A stretch of 64,000 bases of DNA from Eledone cirrhosa (lineage: Eukaryota). The stretch is taken from the NCBI GenBank assembly GCA_964016885.1, contig OZ024740.1:147994001-148058000 (forward strand), given 5' to 3'. Of this stretch, positions 1 to 11,999 are shown piece by piece. The notes beneath the pieces are model-generated. The model searched no databases and was not told where the DNA came from. It saw only the letters and a program-made list of their open reading frames with translations. Positions within the stretch are counted from its first letter, which is position 1, and the number at the start of each line of letters is the position of its first letter. The translations under genes were made by a program, and so were the position numbers.

Positions 1-295
1 TGCATTCAATCGAAAGGTTGTGAGTTCAATTCTCAGACCGGGTGATGTGTTGTTTCCTTGAGCAAGACATTTTGTTTCACATTGCTCCAGTTTACTCAGC
101 TGTAGGAATGAGATGATAGGGACTGCGGTCCATATCATTCCACTGTAAAGTGGTCGTGAAGGTGCCATGGAAAAAAAGCACCCGGCACTCACTGTAAATG
201 AGGTTGGTGTTATGAAGGGCATCTAGCTGTAGAAATCAGTTCCCGTCCCACCCTTGCAAGCAGGGAAAAGCGGACGGAAAATGATGATGATGATA
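1..295 (+). mobile_element. tRNA-derived SINE (family A, RTE-type 3' tail), 5' end cut by the window edge
   Basis: B-box-like GAGTTCAATTC, central TTGAGCAAGACA..TTCACATTGCTCCAG block, tail AAGGGCATCTAGCTGTAGAAA...CGGACG-(ATG)n; colinear with the copy at 46910-47238. Confidence 0.8.
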
Positions 296-351
296 TATAT
301 ATATGTACAATGATATTAAATAAATGGAAACTATATTTATAAAACCATATT

Positions 352-416
352 TATTTTATTATATATATTTCAAGGGTAACCAAGACAACATTGGTACGCT
401 TTCATCAGATAAAATA
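352..416 (-). ncRNA. Hammerhead ribozyme (type I) in the inverted pLTR
   Basis: Minus strand reads TATTTTAT-CTGATGA-AAGCGTACCA..TGGTTACCCTT-GAAA-TATATA-TA-ATAAAATA: helix I, intact core, helix II, palindromic helix III. Confidence 0.75.
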
Positions 417-2181
417 CAAAGTTTGTTTTATAAATAGAGACATACCCATGAAAATCATACCTTATCGGTTGGAAATTGACTGGATAGTGGAAATATATTA
501 GGGATTATTCAAACTTATGTGTGAATATGCAAGTGAATATGTAAATAATTGAAAAACAACCGTTTATTTAAATGACACTGGTGAAAGAGAGAGAAAAATT
601 ATTAGTGGATAAAGATAAAAAATATTACGAGAGAGATAGAGAGAAGAAATTAACAAGAGGATGAATAAAACTCATATAACGTTAATTTGGGGGAAATATA
701 TTCTAAGTATATATCTAATAGTACGAGTATTTACGATTAATTAGTCGTTTAACATTCTTTTCTAATATAATATTTTCTGTTATAAGTAGAAAGAAAAATA
801 AATAGATAGAAAATAGATAGAAAATAAATAAATAAATAAATAGATAAATAGATAAATAAATGAATAGTTATAGATAATTGTTTTAATGAGTTATGAGGGA
901 TATTGGTTTTGTATTTAATGTAAGTAAATATTAAGTTAAATTAAATTAAGTTAATAAGAATATTTATATTTATATATTTTAAAATGGGAAGATACGGAAA
1001 AAAACTCCAGTATTGTTTATTTATTCGTTAGTATGAGACTATTTTGTCAAAATAGGTATAAATGTTGAAAGATATATTTAGCCTGAATTAGTTAGTGTTT
1101 ATAAATCTAATAAAAGATATTGAAAAAATATTAAAAATTCGAGAAAATTTTTTAAAAATAATTTATAAGAAATAAGTAATTTAAAAAAAAAGTAATTTTT
1201 AAAAATAGATAAAAAATTAAAGAAATAAAAAATAAATAATTAAAAATTATTAAAATTAAAAAATTACATTTAAAATTAAAATTTAAATTTAAATTAAAAA
1301 AAAAATAGAATTATATATGTATATATTTTATGAAACTTTAAGAAGTGAAATTATAGCAAATGTTATAGATATCAATATATTAAAACCAAGTGGATAAGAT
1401 TGTTATGGAAATAAGTAGAAATATTATAAGTGTAATTATAATTTATGTGTAATTATAATTATAAATGTTGAATTTAGGCGATGTCTACAAGAACTAAATA
1501 AATTCGTCCTTATATTAATGGAGTTCTTACATTTAAGTATGAAAATAAATTCCTCAACACGCAATTTGCAGAATCTAGATAAAGCTGTGTTACCGTATGC
1601 AGGTGCTTTTAAAATTATTTCCCAAGTTAAAGAATAGTCCATATTTTTGCATTTTAAATTCCATATCTGGTTTGAAAGAGAAGTTGAAGATTTTTTTTAT
1701 CAATTCTTTGGAAAGAACATTTGTGATTATTCCAGCGACTTTTAAATTCTGTAGAAGTTGCACCTACATAGTTAAATATATTATCACTGGTTTTGACTGT
1801 ACATTTATAGACCACGTCCTTATCTAAACACTTATTAATTAATATAAGGACAAATTTATTTAGTTCTTCTAGACATCGGCTAAATTCAACATTTAGAACT
1901 ATATATAAATTATAATTACACTTATAATATTTCTACTTATTTCCATAACAATCTTATCCACTTGGTTTTAATATATTGATATCTCTAAATCATATCTATA
2001 ACATTTGCTATAATTTCACTTCTTAAAGTTTCATAAAATATATACATATATAATTCTAATTTTTATTTTAATTTTTACTTTTATTTTAATTTTAATTTTA
2101 ATTGTAATAATTTTTAATTATTTATTTTTTATTTCTTTAATTTTTTAATCTATTTTTTAAAATTACTTTAATTGCTAAATA

Positions 2182-4350
2182 ATGAAATTCTTTAGGATTT
2201 CTTCTTCTCTAAAAGATGTACTTTACCTAAGAATAAGGACTATCTTAAACAACTCATTGAGAAATCTGACTTCTTTATACGAAGACTTAGATGGTATGCC
2301 TTCCATTTCGATAGAAAATCAGATGAAAAAACAAATAAATCCAGTTACAACTTCGATATGATCTTCAAATCCTAGAAAAATCCACCTAACAACAAACTAT
2401 TAATGGAATTTGAAAATGAAATAATATCAATTATACAAAACATCAAATTAAAGAAAAACCAATTTGCAGGCCAGGATACCTTAAAGGCCTTAAGAATAAT
2501 ATAGACAATCTTGAAAAAACTGAGAAAATCCTCGTAAAATCTGATAAAACTAACAATCTATTCGGAATGCAAAAGGACGAATACAATGACCTTATATTGA
2601 AAGAACTAAGGAAAAACTACAAAATAACAACTAATGAAGATCTTGAAATGGTAAATAGAGAAGCTTCTGAAATAATTCATAAATTAGGCATCGAAAATAG
2701 GACCGAACACTTTATACCTAGAAGACCAAAAATTAACCTGAAAGACAACAAAAGAAACTTTGAAATAGAACTACCAGTCAGACTTATAGCACCATCTAAA
2801 TCAGACTTAGGCATAGTTAGTAAACATATATTAGATAGAATCATACCGCAACTTAAAGAAATATCTTACCTAAAACTATGGAACGGTACTAACGAAGTTA
2901 TAGATTGTTTCAATAACATAACATTTAAACATAACAAAAAATTCATTCAATTGGATATTGCAAACTACTACTCCTCCATTACTCCTAATTTACTTAATAA
3001 AGCTCTTATCTATGCATATGAACAGACAGATTTATCTAGCGAAGAAATGCATATCCTTTTAACCGCACGGAAAACTTTAATTGAATTCAACATTCATCTC
3101 TGGACTAGAGCCGATAGAAAAAATAATTTTGATATCACCATGGGATCATCAGACTCGGCGCAAATAACGGATCTTGTGGGGCTATTTATTAATAATACAC
3201 TGCATAGAAAAATACCAGAGATGACCGGTGGTTTATATCGTGATGATATGCTGCTTTTAATTGAAAATCATAGTAATTAAAAGAAAAAAGAAAATCATAA
3301 CACAATTCTTCAATAGCTACAACCTTAAGTTAGAAATAGAGAATAACTATAAAATTGTTAATTTTTAGACGTAACATTAAACCTTAACACAGGGCTCTAC
3401 TATCCATTCCATAAAATTAATGAGAATCTAAACTGTAAGTTTTAACTCTAATCATCCTTCAATTCTATCCAATAACGTATTTCACGCATCTCCGCTAATA
3501 AAAACATTTTTGACGATAAGGCAGAATATTATTATGAAGCTTTATAGAGCATGTTAGAGTAAATAAGATTAAATACATCGACATCAGTTATGGAATGGCA
3601 TAGTAGAGCCTACTGATTAAGGTATAATGTTACGTCTAAAAATAAAATCTATAGCTTAATCTCTATATCTAACCTAAGGATAGTAGACTTGAGAATGATT
3701 ATTTGTTACTCACCACCATTCTCTTTAAGTTAAAAGCAGCCTTAGCAAAACTTTCTTTAAAGGTCACCTGATAAGATGTTTTCTAAAAGCCCACAGATCC
3801 GATTCGAGAGTCTTGATCAGTCATGGAGCTATAAAACTATCTTACTCTACTACTATGAACATAGCACAAAATATAAATAGAATCAATAATAGAAATTTAA
3901 ACCCAAACCAAAATAACAAAAATAGCAGTAATATCTCGTGCAATATCCAACATAATAGTACCGTTCTGAATAACAACAACTCCGCAAAATGTAACTGTAG
4001 AATTAAATTAAACTGTCCTTTACAAAATAAGTGTTTAGATAAGTACGTGGTTTATAAATATACAGTCAAAACCAGTGATAATATACTTAACTATGTAGGT
4101 ACAACTTCTACAGAATTTAAAAGTCGCTGGAATAATCACAAATGCTCTTTTCAAAGAATTGATAACAAATCTTCAACTTCTCTTTCAAACCTGATATGGA
4201 ACTTAAAATGCAAAAATATGGATTATTTTTTAACTTGGAAAATAATTTACTTAAATGTAAGAACTCCATTAATATAAGGACGAATTTATTTAGTTCTTGT
4301 AGACATCGCCTAAATTCAACATTTATAATTATAATTACACATAAATTATA
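2182..4350 (+). pseudogene. Penelope RT + GIY-YIG endonuclease, frameshifted
   Basis: N-terminus YLKQLIEKSDFFIRRLRWYA; RT motifs PVRLIAP, FIQLDIANYYSSI, FDITMGS, GGLYRDD; CNCR..CPL..CL zinc knuckle; VVYKY..YVGTT..FKSRWNNH. Confidence 0.9.
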
Positions 4351-4965
4351 ATTACACTTATAATATTTCTACTTATTTCCATAACAATCTTATCCACTTG
4401 GTTTTAATATATTGATATCTATAACATTTGCTATAATTTCACTTCTTAAAGTTTCATAAAATATATACATATATAATTCTATTTTTTTTTAAATTTTAAT
4501 TTTAATTTTAAATGTAATTTTAATCTTAATAATTTTTAATTATTTATTTTATATTTCTTTAATTTTTTATCTATTTTTAAAAATTACTTTTTTTAAAAAT
4601 TACTTATCTCTTATAAATTATTTTAAAAAAAAATGTTATCGAATTTTTAATATTTTTTCAATATCTTTTATTAAATTTATAAACACTAACTAATTCAGGC
4701 TAAACATATCTTTCAACATTTATACTTATTTTGACAAAATAGTCTCATACTAACGAATAAAAAAACAATACTGGAGTTTTTTCCGTATCTTCCCATTTTA
4801 AAATATATAAATATAAATATTCTTATTAACTCAGTTAACTTAATTTAATTTAACTAAATATTTACTTACATTAATTACAAAACCAATATCCCTCATAACT
4901 CATTAAAACAATTATCTATAACATGATATACCCATCTATTCATTTATTTATCTATTTATCTATTT

Positions 4966-7427
4966 TGGGGAAGTGGACTTCGATCCCTACTTCGACGGCC
5001 TGCCACGTCTCTCGGACAGGGAGGCGAAGTCCTGCGAGGAGCCGATTTCAGCCGCTGAGATAGGGGACGTGCTGAGACAATGCGGCAAACGCAAATCCCC
5101 GGGTCTCGATGGTCTTCCATACGAACTATATCTAGCTATGCCAGACTTGTTCTCCGATCTCCTCGAGGCGGTCTACTGCAACTGGCAACAGAACGGGAGA
5201 ATTCCCTGTGCTGTGACCAAGGGTGTAGTCACGCCAGTGAGGAAGGACGAGAACAAGGGGACGATATAAATAATTTCAGGCCCATAACTCTGCTAAATAC
5301 AGTTACAGATTTTGGCCAAGGTGCTAACAAAGAGGTTGGCACTTGTCGTGGGCAACCTGGTGGGAGATGCGCAGACATGTGCTATCCCGTCCAGGTCCAT
5401 CCACGACAACCTCCACCTCATGCGATACATCATAGAGAGGGTTGGGAACGAACCCGGCTTTGGTGGAACCCTGATCAACTTGGATCAATCTAAGGCGTTC
5501 GATAGGATCGACCATGGTTACCTGGATGCGGTGTTAGTGGCGGCAGGCTTCGGACCCGTTTTCAGGGGCTGGATCACTGCCATGCACAGCAGCGGCATCT
5601 GCTCTACGGTCAAGGTGAACGGCTACCTATCGGAGCCGTTCGAAATCGCGCGGTCCATCCGACAAGGGTGCCCTCTCTCCTCCCTTCTGTATGTAATGAC
5701 TCTAGAGCCACTGCTGCGGAAGTTGGAGTTGTTGCAGGGCATCCCATTTGAACCGGGATTGCGGAAAGCGGTGTCGGCCTACGCCGATGACGTAACAGTA
5801 ATAGTGTCGACGGCCTCGGAAATCGGGGCAATCGGCACCTTAGTGGAGGAGTACGAAAGGTTTACAGGGGCTAAGCTGAACCGGGTCAAGTCGATCGGTC
5901 TGCAACTCGGCACGTGGAGGGGCAGATCGATGCCCTCCGATGGAATCGTCGGGCGCTGGACGGAGAGCCCGGTGAAGTTGCTCGGGGTCTGGTTCGGACC
6001 AGACCTCCAGGTGGAGAAGAACTGGGGTGAGGTAACGAACAGGGTGTTTGCACTGACCCAGAAGTGGGCCGAGTGCAAACTGTCCCTGAAAGGTCGGGCG
6101 GAGGTGGCGAATACTTATATAGCGTCCGTCATCTACTACTGCATGACAGTCGTGCCTTGACCAAGGGAAACGCTCGCCAAAATGGAGCGCGCACTCTTCC
6201 AATTCCTTTGGAAGAAGCGGGCTCCTATGGTGAGGAGATACATCTGCTGTCAACATCCTTCGAAAGGAGGGCTGGGGATGCCGTGGCTAATGATACGTAA
6301 ACACGCATTAAGGCTACGGCACCTCCAGGTATTCCTCACCGTTCAACCGGTGTGAGCCCCGTTTGTGAGGCGAGCCTTTCCCAGACTCGTCTCGCTCACC
6401 GAGCTGCAATCCTGGGTCAAGCAAAGACCGAGAAAACTGGGTGCCTGGCACACCGATTGTGCCCAGGCGCTTACAGCTCTCTGGCAGGCGGACCCGGCTG
6501 TCAGTGGAGAATCCACCTCGTCATTCTATAGAGGGCTGGTGATTAGCAGGTGCGACGACGCCCTCGGAGAAGCCCTAGGCATGGAGGAAGACGAACTGGC
6601 CAACCTATTCGGTAGGACATTCAGCCCGGGACCCATGGTTAACTTCCAGAGGTCCCTGGCCTGGCAGTGCTACCGAGGGGCTCTGCCCGTTCGAGAAAGG
6701 CTCTACAGACACGGGCTCCCGGGTAGGGACCCCTCGAAAAAGATCTGTCCCAGATGCGTGTGCGACGAGGAAACCGTTGCACACGCATTGGTACACTGCT
6801 CGGGCATTGCCGATCTGTGGGGCCATGTCGAACGACTGCTGTCAAGGGTGGGACCGATCCGGTTGACCACCGAGTCTATTGTAACGTTCAAGCCGCCTCC
6901 CCTCTTCAAAAACGAAGGAGAGGCGGTGTTTCTGTGCGTAATAGCCATGGCGAAAGAGGTTGTATAGTGGACGCGTCTGAAAGGACTGAGGTCAGACACC
7001 TTTCTCTCTGGCCAACAACTGGTCCGTTTCTTCCGATATCATTTCGGAAGAAGGATCAGAATGGAGAGAGAGGTGCTGCACCCCAGTCGTTTTTATGAAA
7101 GATGGGTGAAAGTGGCGAGAATGGCCCGTGTGAATGGGTCTTCTCTCTACATCAGACTATAGGTGAGGAAGATGAAAGATCAAGGGAGCACTCCCTATCT
7201 GTGCTCCTGAGGAGAAGGGTTGCACACTTTTTTCGGGGGTGTGTGCGACCCCCCAAGGCGCCTCCTCCCTATTGAGGATTTTGTTATTAAATTTATTTTT
7301 GTTATATTTTATACTTTATTTTTATATCTTGTTATTGCCTCCTCCTTATTGAGGACGCCTTTTTATGAAAACTCCCCCATTGTACTTGTTCCACTTTTTG
7401 ATGCCCTGGTGGCAAATAAAAAGAAAG
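4966..7427 (+). mobile_element. 5'-truncated L1/Tx1-clade LINE (RT plus C-terminal CCHC), with a few frameshifts and stops
   Basis: KSPGLDGLPYE, NFRPITLLN, LDQSKAFDRIDH, IRQGCPLS, AYADD, CPRCVCDEETVAHALVHC; ends AATAAAAAGAAAG; TSD TTATCTATTT at 4956-4965 and 7428-7437. Confidence 0.9.
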
Positions 7428-7908
7428 TTATCTATTTATTTATTTATTTATTTATTTATCTATTTATTTATTTATTTATTTATTTTCTATCTATTTTTCT
7501 CTCTATTTATTTTCTATCTATTTATTTTTCTTTCTACTTATAACAGAAAATATTATATTAGAAAATAATTTTAAACAACTAATTAATCGTAAATACACGT
7601 ACCATTAGATATATACTTAGAATATATTTCCCCAAAATTAACGTTATATGAGTTTTATTCATCCTCTTGTTAATTTCTTCTCTCTATCTCTCTCGTAATA
7701 TCTTTTATCTTTATCCACTAATATTTTCTCTCTCTCTCTTTCACCAGTGTCATTTAAATATACGGTTGTTTTTCAATTATTTACATATTCATTTGCATAT
7801 TCACACATAAGTTTGAATAATCCCTAATATATTTCCATTATCCAGTGAATTTCCAACCGATAAGGTATGATTTTCATGGGTACGTCTCTATTTATAAAAC
7901 AAACTTTG

Positions 7909-7973
7909 TATTGTATCTGATGAAAGCGTACCAATGTTGTCTTGGTTACCTTTGAAATATATATAATAAAATA
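7909..7973 (+). ncRNA. Hammerhead ribozyme in the 3' pLTR
   Basis: TATTGTAT-CTGATGA(7917)-helix II-GAAA(7954)-TATATA-TA-ATAAAATA; same motif as 352-416. Confidence 0.7.
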
Positions 7974-8159
7974 AATATGGTTTTATAAATATAGTTTCCA
8001 TTTATTCAATATCATAGAATATTTACTCCAGTATCTGTTGAGTGCTCTAAATCAGTTATAAACATTTATGTTTGTCGGACTTCCGACAAATTATATACCA
8101 CTTCTACTTTATATATATATACACACACACACACATATCTATATATAACACAGTCAAAA

Positions 8160-9140
8160 GCTTTTTTTAGCCTTACGGTTTGTGGAAGGTGATGAAAGAT
8201 TACAACCTTCACACCAACCTCATTGGAATATTCTTCAGAAAATTCTTCAGAACAGTAGGAGTTTGACAGGGGTGTCTCCTTTTTCCAATGTATTTCAACA
8301 TCTTCCTGGAAAACATCATACAAAAGACTTTCATGGACTTCCACACTTCAGTTTCCATTGGTGGAAGGCCCATTTCCAAACTGTGGTTTGTTGATACAAT
8401 TGATCTAGACAGGAAAAAGTATCAGTGGCATTTGGAATAGAGATCAGCTCTGAAAAGAGCAGGATTCTGGTTAATAGTAATAAGCAGAATACAGCAACCA
8501 GTATCATGCTGAACGGAGGAAGACTTGAAGAAGTGGAAAAAGTACCTAGGATCCACTCTGACCAAAGGTGGCAGATCTCAAAATAAGATGTTGACAAGAC
8601 TCGCCCTGACTACTTCTGCCATGGTAAAGCTGAATGTCATATGGAAAAGCAACTCCATCAGTTTTCCAACGAAGCTTAAACTATACAAGTTCTTGGCGAC
8701 TTCGATCCTTTTGTATGGGTGTAAGAGTTGGACCCTCACAGCAGACATGCAACGAAGAATCCAATCATTTAAGCACAAATGCTTCAGAATATTGCTACAC
8801 ATCCCATACACGGAGCACAAAACAAACGGCTTTGTCAGGCAACAAGTTAACAAATATGCTGGCAGATAGAAAACACCAGTGAAAAGATGGGAACTTGCCT
8901 GGTATGGTCATATATCCCGCGACAGCTCCTTGTCCAAAATCATCCTTCAGGGCAGAGTTGAGGGAGGGCGAGGAAAATCCTGGTCCGACAACATCAAAGA
9001 CTGGACTAGTCACAACACAGAGACTCTTCTGCGCATGACGGAGAATAGAGACCAATGGCGATAACTGACAGCAAAAGCGTCTAGAGTAGTACCCCCAACG
9101 ATTGGCTGCACCAGTTTAACATGATGATGATGATGATGAT
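8160..9140 (+). mobile_element. RTE-clade LINE 3' fragment, degenerate
   Basis: VGV.QG..S, KYLGSTL, ILLYGCKSWTL, LAWYGHISR..SKIILQGRVEG; (ATG)n tail at 9121-9140. Confidence 0.85.
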
Positions 9141-9176
9141 CGGCCGGAGATCAGTCGTCGGGGTCCTGACTCTTTT

Positions 9177-9226
<50 letters not shown>

Positions 9227-9272
9227 AAGATTGAAGAATAACATGGTCCGCTATACAAAGCTGGTTTTATTT

Positions 9273-9389
9273 CTAGTATTAACAATTGTTTCATTGATCA
9301 GGTGAGTCTAAAGGCCGCTAAACACTCGAAGTTACGTCACTCGACCTTAAATACAGTGTTTACCTCTGATCAAATCATCGGAATACTGG
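9273..9389 (-). ncRNA. Hammerhead ribozyme, CCGAUGA core variant with long helix II
   Basis: CCAGTATT-CCGATGA-TTTGATCAG..CTGATCAAT-GAAA-CAATTG-TT-AATACTAG. Confidence 0.7.
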
Positions 9390-10489
9390 AGGTTTTACAT
9401 ATGGCATTGGTATTTATAGATACAACGGAGAATCAAAACAATAACATCAATAATAAAAGATAATAATAAAGAAGTAAAGAAGTTAGAATGAAGATGATAA
9501 AGATGTAAAAAATAAGTAAAAAAATAATAAGTACAGAATACAATTGCTGATAATGCTGGTGGTGGTGATTAAAGTTACAGTTGTGAGTAAGTGTATGTGT
9601 AAAGACATGGTGAGGGTAGAGATAATACTAACATGAAAAGAAACAAAATACATACATAGTGGTCAAATCTCAGAGGGTTAGAGTAGAAAATAAAAAATAG
9701 TAACAAATGACAGATAAAAGATAAAAAATAATAAATTAAAAATTAAGTGAGAGGGGAAGAGATACAGGACAAGAGACAGAGAGTGGGGTGGCGACACGAG
9801 GATGAGACATAAGGGGTAGGGTTAAGGACGGTGAAGGAGTAGATAGGTAGATAGAGAATAAACAATGAGTGGGAGAGTTTTGATATATGTGTGGTAAATG
9901 TCTGCAAGGCTGATTGTCCTATCTTAATGGGGGTGATGTGGCTTTAGAGAGAGAGAGTAAAAGAAAGGTTAGGAAATTTATGATGTTGATTTAGTGACTA
10001 GTTGGTCAGTTGACAGCTAATAACAGTGGGGTGGTTTGTAGTCAGTACATTAAAATCCGGGTGATTCTGCTTGAATTCTGAGATTGCTGGATCGAATCAT
10101 GTTGGTTTTAAATTTGCGAACTTGGTAGCTGCTTTGTGCCTACAGAAAATTGATCGTTCTATTTTGCTGTTAAGCAGCATTTTATCATACTTTAAAATAT
10201 GGAACAGCTCCATATTGCAAAGTCCGCAGTGGGACATTTCATTGTTGTAGGCCCTTGCTCCCGATAATTTCGACCAGCTAATCCCATATTCCTGGTTTGT
10301 GTCCTTAAGCTGCCAGATTTTATTGGCCAGCATTGTTGAGTTCTCTAGTCTACGGTTCTTCATAGAGTGTCTGTGAACGTATCATCTTCATTCTAACTTC
10401 TTTACTTCTTTATGATTATCTTTTATATTTGATGTTATTGTTTTGATTCTCCGTTGTATCTATAAATACCAATGCCATATGTAAAACCT

Positions 10490-10606
10490 CCAGTATTCCG
10501 AGGATTTGATCAGAGGTAAACACTGTATTTAAGGTCGAGTGACGCAACTTCGAGTGTTTAGCGGCCTTTAGACTCACCTGATCAATGAAACAATTGTTAA
10601 TACTAG
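10490..10606 (+). ncRNA. Hammerhead ribozyme, inverted copy (CCGAGGA core)
   Basis: Same fold as 9273-9389. Confidence 0.65.
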
Positions 10607-10808
10607 AAATAAAACCCATTTTGTACAGCCGACCATGTTATTCTTCAATCTTTCACTATTATTACTCCAAGAATAACGTGCATAGGAATACTCGCGAACT
10701 CGCTACCTAACTATGGAAACCTCTTGTTGAGTCAAACAACGCCGTACGTTAAAACTATCCACAATACTCTAGCTCTAACTGGATTACCTATAACGAAAAC
10801 TTGTTATC

Positions 10809-10843
<35 letters not shown>

Positions 10844-10885
10844 GAATTAATATCCCGCATTGCCTGGTGGCTTAGCTGAGAATAG

Positions 10886-10963
10886 ACTCCCTGATGACGT
10901 AAGGCTTCTCTACAGTATTACATAACTGTATTTATCCCCTTACAGAAACTAATTAGTTGGAGT
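10886..10963 (+). ncRNA. Hammerhead ribozyme (type I, intact core)
   Basis: ACTCC-CTGATGA-CGTAAGG..TACAGT..ACTGTA..CCTTACA-GAAA-CTAATTAG-TT-GGAGT; predicted cleavage after 10958. Confidence 0.85.
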
Positions 10964-11413
10964 GAAATTTTAGTAAGTAAGTCAATTTTCATAACTTTCT
11001 TATTTACGTCTCTCATATAATTGTTCTGCAATCCCCTGCATAGAACTACAAAGTTACTAAGACAAACATATATATCTGCTAGCGTAGGTATGCATCTGTA
11101 TACATATGTCGGTAGATATATTAATTCTTCATATTCTTCTCCAAATTATTTGTTGAGCAAAATTTGCCAAATTACTACTGTGACTGATAGTAGTGGCTAG
11201 GCTCTGTCTTAATAGCAGCCCCACTCCAAACTGGTTAACCTCAGTGTCACGTGATTAATTCTTTTGAATTTGCCACTTGACCAAGGAGGCAGCGAATTTT
11301 TCAGTGCTTAGAATCTAGCCCCGCTCGATTTTTTTGCTTTTTTCCATCCACTGAATTATTGTTATATAAGCTTCCAGTGTCCCCGCATTGCCTGGTGGCT
11401 TAGCTGAGAGTAG

Positions 11414-11491
11414 ACTCCCTGATGACGTAAGGCTTCTCTACAGTATTACATAACTGTATTTATCCCCTTACAGAAATTAATTAGTTGGAGT
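11414..11491 (+). ncRNA. Hammerhead ribozyme, second copy
   Basis: Same as 10886-10963 except a C>T change in helix III (U-G wobble); predicted cleavage after 11486. Confidence 0.8.
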
Positions 11492-11541
11492 GAAATTTTA
11501 GTAAGTAAGTCAATTTTCATAACTTTCTTATTTACGTCTCT

Positions 11542-11589
<48 letters not shown>

Positions 11590-11999
11590 CACGCAAGCCG
11601 TCTAAAGCAGTTTTTCAAAGAACCATTCACAGACACAACGACAGTCAGTGTGGACCTTGTCAGTACTATGGAGAACGACAAACTCTGAAATCAGAAATAA
11701 TATTTGTTAAAACTGCTAAAAGTAGTGCGAAGATTTGTCGTTCAATGGTGTTAACTAATTCAACTTCCTAATTGCTTCTGGCAATTGACATACTTTCATT
11801 ATGGTCATCAGTAATACCGAATCAATGGTAAGTTTAACTGAATGGTGGAAATGTCATCCTAAGGCGCAAATCTCATCAATTAACAGGTCGTCAACTTCCT
11901 TTGATTAGCTAATGTATTAGTCTTATATTTTAAACGGAATTTTACGTAAAATTTTGTTGCTTATAAGTTTCAAGTTACTGGAAATGGATTAGCAATATA

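Larger units (their letters stand above)
310..8110 (+). mobile_element. Penelope-like element: inverted 5' pLTR (310-1836), partial direct pLTR (~1838-2170), decayed RT+GIY-YIG ORF, 3' pLTR interrupted by an L1/Tx1 insertion
   Basis: 310-1836 is the reverse complement of 4026-4965 plus 7428-8014; 1838-2170 repeats 4268-4590; PLE RT and GIY-YIG motifs lie in between. Confidence 0.9.
9223..10810 (-). mobile_element. 5'-truncated Penelope-like element with inverted pLTR
   Basis: GIY-YIG C-terminus at 10097-10363 (STMLANKIWQLK..CGLC..CRH); 10381-10658 is an inverted copy of 9223-9500; flanked by (TA)n on both sides. Confidence 0.85.
10838..11545 (+). mobile_element. Non-coding retrozyme-like / non-autonomous PLE with two hammerhead-bearing direct repeats
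   Basis: Near-identical ~160-bp direct repeats at 10854-11015 and 11382-11543 (period 528); short inverted 5' piece matching 11117-11133; (TA)n on both sides; no ORF >=60 aa in the track. Confidence 0.8.

Noticed and set aside
5080-7098. Overlapping alternative-frame and antisense ORFs
   Set aside because: Expected by-products of GC-rich LINE coding sequence; no recognisable motifs
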